A DNA stretch of 49,700 bases from an uncultured Gemmatimonadaceae bacterium (lineage in GTDB: Bacteria; Gemmatimonadota; Gemmatimonadetes; Gemmatimonadales; GWC2-71-9). Below are positions 45,201 to 49,700 of the stretch, piece by piece; within the stretch, counting starts at the first letter, position 1; each line of letters starts with the position of its first letter. Under the pieces are notes generated by a model. The model worked only from the letters and a program-made list of their open reading frames with translations. It was not told the origin of the DNA and searched no databases. Position numbers and translations under genes: made by a program. The stretch is taken from the NCBI GenBank assembly GCA_964446395.1, contig CAYUOK010000002.1, forward strand, positions 1-49,700, read 5' to 3'.

Positions 45201-45316
45201 AGCGGGCGCTTGCCGAGGTGGTGGGGGTGGGCGCCGAGCGTCGTCGCCGAAGGGCTGATGCCGCTGAGAGACCCCCTGGCCGGAATCCTCGACCCCGGGC
45301 CGTCCGCACCCCCTGA
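42227..45316 (+). CDS. PglX/DrmMI/type-IIG-like gamma-class N6-adenine DNA methyltransferase with C-terminal target-recognition region
   Basis: GTG start. The protein carries 'MLFLYFVQAKGWL', 'VPFLNGGLFE', 'IAPDMLGRVFEGV' and 'SGTYYTPKALV'. Motif I is 'ILDPAAGSGAFLLGA', followed by 'NLYGVDLNPAAV' and motif IV 'VVVGNPPWV' (nt 44036-44050). The TRD-like block is 'QLGVKTGANHLFL...LLRPAVHGKDLRPF'. Confidence 0.9.
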   Translation: MLPAHALQSILAIHDLPQLVAAFGHEPLWEPLEAGLLDFGRRSDPPEDAAIVGRLAGFTWYAVASREPARSAPRLARRLAERGRVCGVFGLDAGTRQLVVSVAFDGTPTLAVDLDRPSPLAVSCLARIGRTESGGSLGIASRTAEALSGAGLGRQFFSAFRATLDRFICALPDGIPARHRHELALLQLTRMLFLYFVQAKGWLDGTEHFLRRHVDDCLFHRRPIHRHLLLPLFFGTLNQPVSRRRGLARAFGRVPFLNGGLFEAHHLERLHRPDISDATWRDAFDTLFERYHFTASEAAPGSIAPDMLGRVFEGVMEPGVRKQSGTYYTPKALVRSVLDAGLAGFVGGRLGVSDADALRRLSAGDERAVGLLDDITILDPAAGSGAFLLGALERLTAFRMAAGRDAAPRAIVARNLYGVDLNPAAVRLCELRLWLAVISAEADGSPDRVEPLPNLDAFVRQGDSLADPMRLMLQHPLRSPRHAAALAAARRAAVEASGRAKREALRLLRQVEMDAAYERFEAAISEREAQVREILASGRDSTLFGDRRNLDPRAARALRAARTGLKELRRLRRALREEGAAPSFDFDTQFGDVTAAGGFDVVVGNPPWVRAESLPGSARAQFKERFRWWRTGSGRGYGHQPDLAVAFLERAWELTRPGGVMAMLVPAKVATAAYGAAARTALSEGGTVLAVADLTHMPDASFDATTYPLAIVVRSDRPSTDHRPRLGLDPGSGAALREIAAGGAPWILVPNTLQGALARLRRHPPLSESTRIQLGVKTGANHLFLAPTAEIERELLRPAVHGKDLRPFLATPSGQIVWTHDAHGSVRLSLPPQASRHFKRHADALRGRSDDGGAVPWSLFRAAAGRRVPRVIWADLARRLEAACLVEPPALEWVPMNSCYVVLADSTAGALALCAWLNSTWIRAAARATADPASGGFARFNARAVGSVPLPPSALGDERLSALARLGGCGDDVQVELDKLVGDWLHLRPGDQRALAEVVGVGAERRRRRADAAERPPGRNPRPRAVRTP

Positions 45317-47420
45317 GGCGGTGGCGAGGGCTCTCGCACAGTCGCTGGCGCCTCCTCGGGCATCCGATCGCGCGCCACCCTGGCTCGACGCCGCCCAGGC
45401 GGACGCCTTCCGGATCCTGCTGCACGCCGTCCGGTCGCACGGAACCGCGCTGTGCGCCGACCCGGTCGGCAGCGGAAAGACCTATCTCGCGCTTGCCGTG
45501 GCACGGGCGCTTTCCCCAGAACCTCCCGTCTGCTTCGTGCCCGCTGCGCTGGTGCCGCAGTGGGAGGCGACCGCCGCGCGGCTCGACGTTCCAATCGTGG
45601 CCTGGTCGCACTCGCGGCTGTCGCTCGGGCGCTTGCCGGCGGCCGCCCCGTCGTTCGTCATCGTGGACGAAAGCCACCATTTCCGCAGCCCTGCCATCCG
45701 GAGGTACCGGACCCTCGCACCCTGGCTGATCGGGCGGCGAGTCCTCCTGTTGAGCGCCACACCGGTCGTGAACAGCTCACAGGACCTGTACCATCAACTC
45801 CATCTCGCCGTGCGTGACGACGCCCTGGCCGATTCCGGAGAGGCGTCGATGCGGATCGCCTTCGATCGAGACGCAGTCCCCCCGGCACTGGGGCGATTCG
45901 TGATCCAGCGCCTGGGCACGACGCCGGGGCCGTCACGCCGGGAGCGGGTGGAACCGCTCGACAGTGGGGCGACGGCGCTTCTCCCGGCGCTCGACAATCT
46001 GGCTCTCTCGTCCTCGGCCGACATCGCCGCCCTGGTCCGGACCGGCCTGTATTGGGCGGCGGCTTCAAGCGCGAGCGCACTCCTTGCCGCGCTGCGCCGC
46101 TACCGCTCCCTGCTGTTGCACGCGCAAGACGCCTCCGTGACCGGTCCGACTCCGAACCGCCGGGAACTTCGCCGCTTGATCGGAGACGCCGGTGCACAAC
46201 TGGTGCTCTGGTCTCTCCTCGATCTCACGCGAGAAGTCGGTGAACTACGGGTCGACGACCTGCCCGCCGTCGAGGCGCTCATCACCGAGGCACGGCGCAG
46301 CGCCGACCTGCGCGACGCAAAGGCGGCCCGGCTCGACGAGCTCCTGCGGGACCAGGTCCCTGCGCTGGTCTTCGTCACCGCCAGGGAGACCGTCTCCTAT
46401 CTCCGCCGCCAGCTTCCCGACCGGTGGCTGGCGTGGTGTTACGGCGACCGCGCCGGCATCGGCGGAACGACGCTCTCGCGACGCGACGTGCTGTCGTGGT
46501 TCAGGCCGGAGGCGCGACGCAGGCGCGACCTGCCCGGCGTGCCGCGAACCCTGCTGACCACTGATGTCTCCGCCGAGGGACTGGACTTGCAGGAGGCCGG
46601 TCGGGTGGTGCACTACGACCTCCCCTGGACGGAGGTCGGGCTGGAACAGCGCAATGGCCGTGCGGTGCGCAGGGGGTCAAGGCGAGCAGAGGTCGAGATC
46701 GTCAGGTTTCTTCCGGGCGCCGAGTTTGAAGCACGAATCCACCAGCAGGTCATCCTGGTGCGGAAGGCGGAGTTACCCTCCCGGAACGGAATCGGACCGA
46801 TGGCGCGCCACCGATGGCGCTGGCGGCGGGAGGTGGCGGAGGCAATGTCGGGCCCGGCGCTCGCGGGACATTCGGCCGTCCAGGCAGACGATGACGGCGC
46901 ACTCGCTGGCATCGCGCTGGATCGAGATGGATGTCCGATCACGTCCGAAGTGCTCTGGCGCGACGGAGCCGGCAACTGGACCGACGAACCAGCCTTGGTG
47001 GAGCGCCGCCTCCTCCAGGTGGCACGCTGCCCCGCCGCCAACCCTCCGTCGCCCGCGGAACTCCGCGAATTGCTTGGGTCCCTTGCCGCACCGGTGCGGG
47101 AGCGGATGCGCGGCGCATCAGCCCGGAACATCGGAGCTCCGGCCCCGAGTCTGACCGTGCTTCGATTGACGAGCCGACTGCGGACGCTCGGCGCGCGGGC
47201 GGCGCGGCGCCGCGATGCGGCGATGCTCGCCGTCCTGGAACGCGCGCTCGCCTTTTGCGCAACGGGACACACCGCCGGCGAGGCCCTGCTGCTCGACTCC
47301 CTCCCGATGCTCGACGACGAGGCCCTCCTCGACCGCCTCCCGCTCTTGCCCGAACCGCCCGCGAGGCCGTCTGCGCTCCGGCCCCGGATGACGGGCCTGA
47401 TTCTCTTTCGCCGCGGGTGA
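45258..47420 (+). CDS. SNF2-like SF2 helicase/translocase ATPase
   Basis: Walker A 'ADPVGSGKT', motif II 'VIVDESHHF', SNF2-like motif III 'LLSATPVVNSSQDLYHQL', motif V 'LLTTDVSAEGLDLQ' and motif VI 'QRNGRAVRRG' are present. The start is uncertain: the ATG at 45258 overlaps the MTase by 59 nt, and the GTG at 45321 lies 5 nt past its stop. Confidence 0.85.
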   Translation: MPLRDPLAGILDPGPSAPPEAVARALAQSLAPPRASDRAPPWLDAAQADAFRILLHAVRSHGTALCADPVGSGKTYLALAVARALSPEPPVCFVPAALVPQWEATAARLDVPIVAWSHSRLSLGRLPAAAPSFVIVDESHHFRSPAIRRYRTLAPWLIGRRVLLLSATPVVNSSQDLYHQLHLAVRDDALADSGEASMRIAFDRDAVPPALGRFVIQRLGTTPGPSRRERVEPLDSGATALLPALDNLALSSSADIAALVRTGLYWAAASSASALLAALRRYRSLLLHAQDASVTGPTPNRRELRRLIGDAGAQLVLWSLLDLTREVGELRVDDLPAVEALITEARRSADLRDAKAARLDELLRDQVPALVFVTARETVSYLRRQLPDRWLAWCYGDRAGIGGTTLSRRDVLSWFRPEARRRRDLPGVPRTLLTTDVSAEGLDLQEAGRVVHYDLPWTEVGLEQRNGRAVRRGSRRAEVEIVRFLPGAEFEARIHQQVILVRKAELPSRNGIGPMARHRWRWRREVAEAMSGPALAGHSAVQADDDGALAGIALDRDGCPITSEVLWRDGAGNWTDEPALVERRLLQVARCPAANPPSPAELRELLGSLAAPVRERMRGASARNIGAPAPSLTVLRLTSRLRTLGARAARRRDAAMLAVLERALAFCATGHTAGEALLLDSLPMLDDEALLDRLPLLPEPPARPSALRPRMTGLILFRRG

Positions 47421-47555
47421 CCCTGTGGCCGGCAGGGCGGTCCCATCGGATGAAGAAGTTCTCACCGGCGTTTCGCGCTCGGTTGGGACCCGGTTCACCA
47501 ACTTGGATATCCGAGCCGTCATCCGCCCACGCAGCAATGCCTCGGGGAGGGACGC

Positions 47556-48221
47556 ATGCTCACCCAATTCCGTGATCGGCGAGAGGCCGGGCGACACCTG
47601 GCCGGAGCGCTCCGGGTACCCGCGGGACCGCCCGTCCGCGTCCTGGCCCTCCCCCGGGGCGGCGTCCCCGTGGGGTATGAAGTCGCGGCGGCCCTCGGCG
47701 CGCCACTGGATGTCTTCGTGGTGCGCAAGCTGGGGGTTCCGGGCCATGAGGAGCTGGCCATGGGTGCCATCGCCCAGGGCGGGATCCGCGTGCTAAACGA
47801 GGACGTCATTGGGGCGCTTGGCATTCCGGCCGTGACGATCGAGCGGGTGGCGGCCGCGGAGACAGCCGAGCTTGCGCGACGGGAGCGCATTTACCGCGGT
47901 GGCGCTCCCGCGCCGGATCTCCGGGGCCACACCGTCGTGCTCGTGGACGACGGGCTTGCGACCGGGGCGACCATGGCCGCCGCAGTCCGAGGGGTGCGCA
48001 CCCAGTCGCCCGACCGGATCATCGTGGCGGTGCCGGTTGCTTCACGAGAGGCGATGCAGGCAATCGGGGAAGTGGCGGACGAGTGCGTAGCCGTTCTCAC
48101 GCCCAGGTCGTTCGGGGGTGTCGGCCAATGGTACGAGGATTTCCGGCAGACGAGCGACGAAGAAGTAAGGATCCTGCTGGATGCCTCCCGGCAGCGCCCG
48201 CAGGCGGCCCCCCTCGCCTAG
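47556..48221 (+). CDS. phosphoribosyltransferase-family protein
   Basis: GGGGAGGG lies upstream of the ATG. The PRPP loop is 'VVLVDDGLATGATM', and 'VLALPRGGVPVG' is also present. Confidence 0.85.
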   Translation: MLTQFRDRREAGRHLAGALRVPAGPPVRVLALPRGGVPVGYEVAAALGAPLDVFVVRKLGVPGHEELAMGAIAQGGIRVLNEDVIGALGIPAVTIERVAAAETAELARRERIYRGGAPAPDLRGHTVVLVDDGLATGATMAAAVRGVRTQSPDRIIVAVPVASREAMQAIGEVADECVAVLTPRSFGGVGQWYEDFRQTSDEEVRILLDASRQRPQAAPLA

Positions 48222-48249
48222 CTGGGTGGCCGAGTCCCGGAGGAATCAC

Positions 48250-48927
48250 ATGCTACACGCGACCGATGCCGCACCCCATCGCCACATACGCGTCACCGTT
48301 CCCGGTGGGGTGCTGAGTGGCGACCTCGTCCTTCCCGAAGCGGCAGCGGGAATCGTCATCTTCGCGCACGGGAGCGGCAGCAGCAGGTTGAGCCCGCGCA
48401 ATCAGTGGGTGGCGCGACAACTTGAAGCCGCGCACCTGGGGACGCTGCTCTTCGACCTGCTCACCCAGGCCGAGGAGTCAGTGGATGCGCGGACCGGCGC
48501 GCTCCGCTTCAATATCCCGTTTCTCGCGGAGCGACTGGTCCACGTGACCGACCTCGTGAGGGACGACGTGGCAGGCCCAGACGTCAGGCTCGGATACTTC
48601 GGCGCAAGCACGGGCGCGGCAGCCGCGCTCATCGCGGCGGCGGAACGGCCCGCGGGGGTACAGGCGGTCGTGTCACGCGGCGGACGGCCGGACCTGGCCG
48701 GCGCGGCGCTCGTCCACGTGCGGGCGCCGACCCTGCTGATCGTGGGCGGGGCGGATCGCGAGGTGCTGGCCCTCAATACCGCGGCCCTCTCGCAGCTGGC
48801 CTGCCCGAAGGACCTCCAGATCGTGCCCCGGGCCACCCACCTCTTCGAGGAGCCGGGGGCGCTGGAGGAGGTCGCCCGGCTGGCGACCGGCTGGTTCACG
48901 CGGCATCTGGCCGGCAAGCAATCCTGA
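48250..48927 (+). CDS. dienelactone-hydrolase-like alpha/beta hydrolase
   Basis: GGAGGA lies 7 nt upstream of the internal ATG ('MLHATDAAPH'). The nucleophile elbow 'GASTGAAAAL' and 'LLIVGGADREV' are present. Confidence 0.8.
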   Translation: MLHATDAAPHRHIRVTVPGGVLSGDLVLPEAAAGIVIFAHGSGSSRLSPRNQWVARQLEAAHLGTLLFDLLTQAEESVDARTGALRFNIPFLAERLVHVTDLVRDDVAGPDVRLGYFGASTGAAAALIAAAERPAGVQAVVSRGGRPDLAGAALVHVRAPTLLIVGGADREVLALNTAALSQLACPKDLQIVPRATHLFEEPGALEEVARLATGWFTRHLAGKQS

Positions 48928-49036
48928 CGCGGGGATACACTGATCTTGCGCCCCGGTGGCGGGGCCGTATGTTGGCTCCGTTGCCGGGGCGCGCCGTTCG
49001 CCTCGCTTCCCGATCTCTTCCCACTCGGAGGCATGA

Positions 49037-49480
49037 ATGCGTCGCGCTGCCCTGCTGCTCGGTGCCGTGATCCTCGCCGGATGCGCCAAGCCCGAAACAC
49101 CTCCGGTCGCAGAAGCCCCCGCGGCCCCGGCCATCAACCTCGCCGACCTGACCGGCAACTGGACAGGCGTTGTCACCGCCCCGGGCAGCGACACCGTACT
49201 GGTCACCATGACCATCGTGGCCTCGGCTGACCCCGCGGCCTGGACCATCACTCTTCCCGGCCGGGATCCGATGCCGTTCAGCGTCGCCGCGTCGGGGGAC
49301 AGCCTGATCACCGGGATGGGACCGTACGAAAGCGTCCTGCGTCCCGGCACCCAGGTGACCACCGCGGGCGTCCTGCGCCTCGTGAACGGGCAGCTGACCG
49401 GGCCGACGGTGGCGCACTACGTGACGGCGGGCGCAGATTCGACCCTGAATCTCTGGACCACGGCCACGAAGGCGCCGTGA
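49037..49480 (+). CDS. hypothetical lipoprotein
   Basis: The lipobox is 'VILAGCA'. A strong terminator follows the gene. Confidence 0.65.
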   Translation: MRRAALLLGAVILAGCAKPETPPVAEAPAAPAINLADLTGNWTGVVTAPGSDTVLVTMTIVASADPAAWTITLPGRDPMPFSVAASGDSLITGMGPYESVLRPGTQVTTAGVLRLVNGQLTGPTVAHYVTAGADSTLNLWTTATKAP

Positions 49481-49507
49481 CCTAGGCCCGACCTTCGGAG
49501 CCACCAG

Positions 49508-49540
49508 CAAGGGCGCGCCGCGACGAGCGGCGCGCCCTTG
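49508..49540 (+). terminator. intrinsic-terminator-like hairpin
   Basis: 'CAAGGGCGCGCCG-CGACGAG-CGGCGCGCCCTTG' forms a perfect 13-bp stem and is followed by 'TCCGTT'. Confidence 0.7.
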
Positions 49541-49570
49541 TCCGTTCCACAGTCACCCTGGAGCGCCACG

Positions 49571-49700
49571 ATGCAGGCACGTCGACCGGTCGCCGCCTTG
49601 CTCCTCGCGCTCCACATCATGTCGTGCACGTTCTGGACAGCCACGACGACCCCCCTCCCCGAACTCACCGGCGGCGATCAGCCCCCCGCGCTGGTTCGCG
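49571..49700 (+). CDS. N-terminal fragment of a putative lipoprotein (continues past the window)
   Basis: The ATG opens 'MQARRPVAALLLALHIMSCTFW...' and the frame stays open to the window end. This is a hand translation and the ORF is not in the track. Confidence 0.4.
   Translation, partial: MQARRPVAALLLALHIMSCTFWTATTTPLPELTGGDQPPALVR

Noticed and set aside
44967-45257. The helicase ORF has a 97-aa N-terminal extension as drawn in the track.
   Set aside because: The extension lies fully inside the MTase TRD coding region in another frame. It is Pro/Arg/Ser-rich and precedes any helicase motif. Starts at 45258 or 45321 are more plausible.
42071-47555. Mobile-element boundaries (direct repeats, integrase, compositional shift) were sought around the MTase-helicase pair.
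   Set aside because: No integrase or transposase ORF, no obvious flanking direct repeats and no visible drop in GC were found. I cannot claim horizontal acquisition from this window alone.

Overview
This is a very GC-rich bacterial chromosomal window (judged by eye, not computed). It is densely coding on both strands, with about 48 protein genes and two adjacent tRNAs, tRNA-Gln(CUG) and tRNA-Ala(CGC). I recognised no rRNA, CRISPR array, integrase or transposase. The ORF track uses the first ATG/GTG/TTG after a stop and prints it as M, so I moved many starts to internal codons that fit signal peptides, SD sequences or ATGA/GTGA coupling. The long Arg/Gly/Pro-rich ORFs antisense to conserved genes are treated as GC artefacts.

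The gene content points weakly to a soil Gemmatimonadota/Acidobacteriota-like organism: TPR-tailed Ser/Thr kinases, Tat-signal enzymes, DUF4397/DUF4384 proteins and a class II photolyase. Most genes are housekeeping or envelope functions:
- cutC, rnz, folE, mlaFED, a MutY-like glycosylase and nadE
- crcB-DUF190-DUF442
- an mntR-mntH-porin operon with a DtxR-type box
- ldcA, a GT2 glycosyltransferase and RidA
- a PRTase/hydrolase pair

The main candidate for something new is a stand-alone two-gene module at 42227-47420. It pairs a 1029-aa PglX/DrmMI/type-IIG-like N6-adenine methyltransferase with its own TRD and an SNF2-like helicase. No nuclease, PglZ/BrxC or DrmABC partner is visible in the window.

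Secondary points of interest:
- a trio of secreted low-complexity proteins at 25653-28806, including a DUF4384 protein with GWGYPAY/GYPGY repeats and a roughly 250-aa Arg/Gly/Ser tail
- a family of tandem octamer/heptamer arrays arranged as inverted G-rich/C-rich blocks in intergenic gaps
- an orphan Phd/YefM antitoxin next to the tRNAs
- a TPR-glycosidase plus TPR-porin pair
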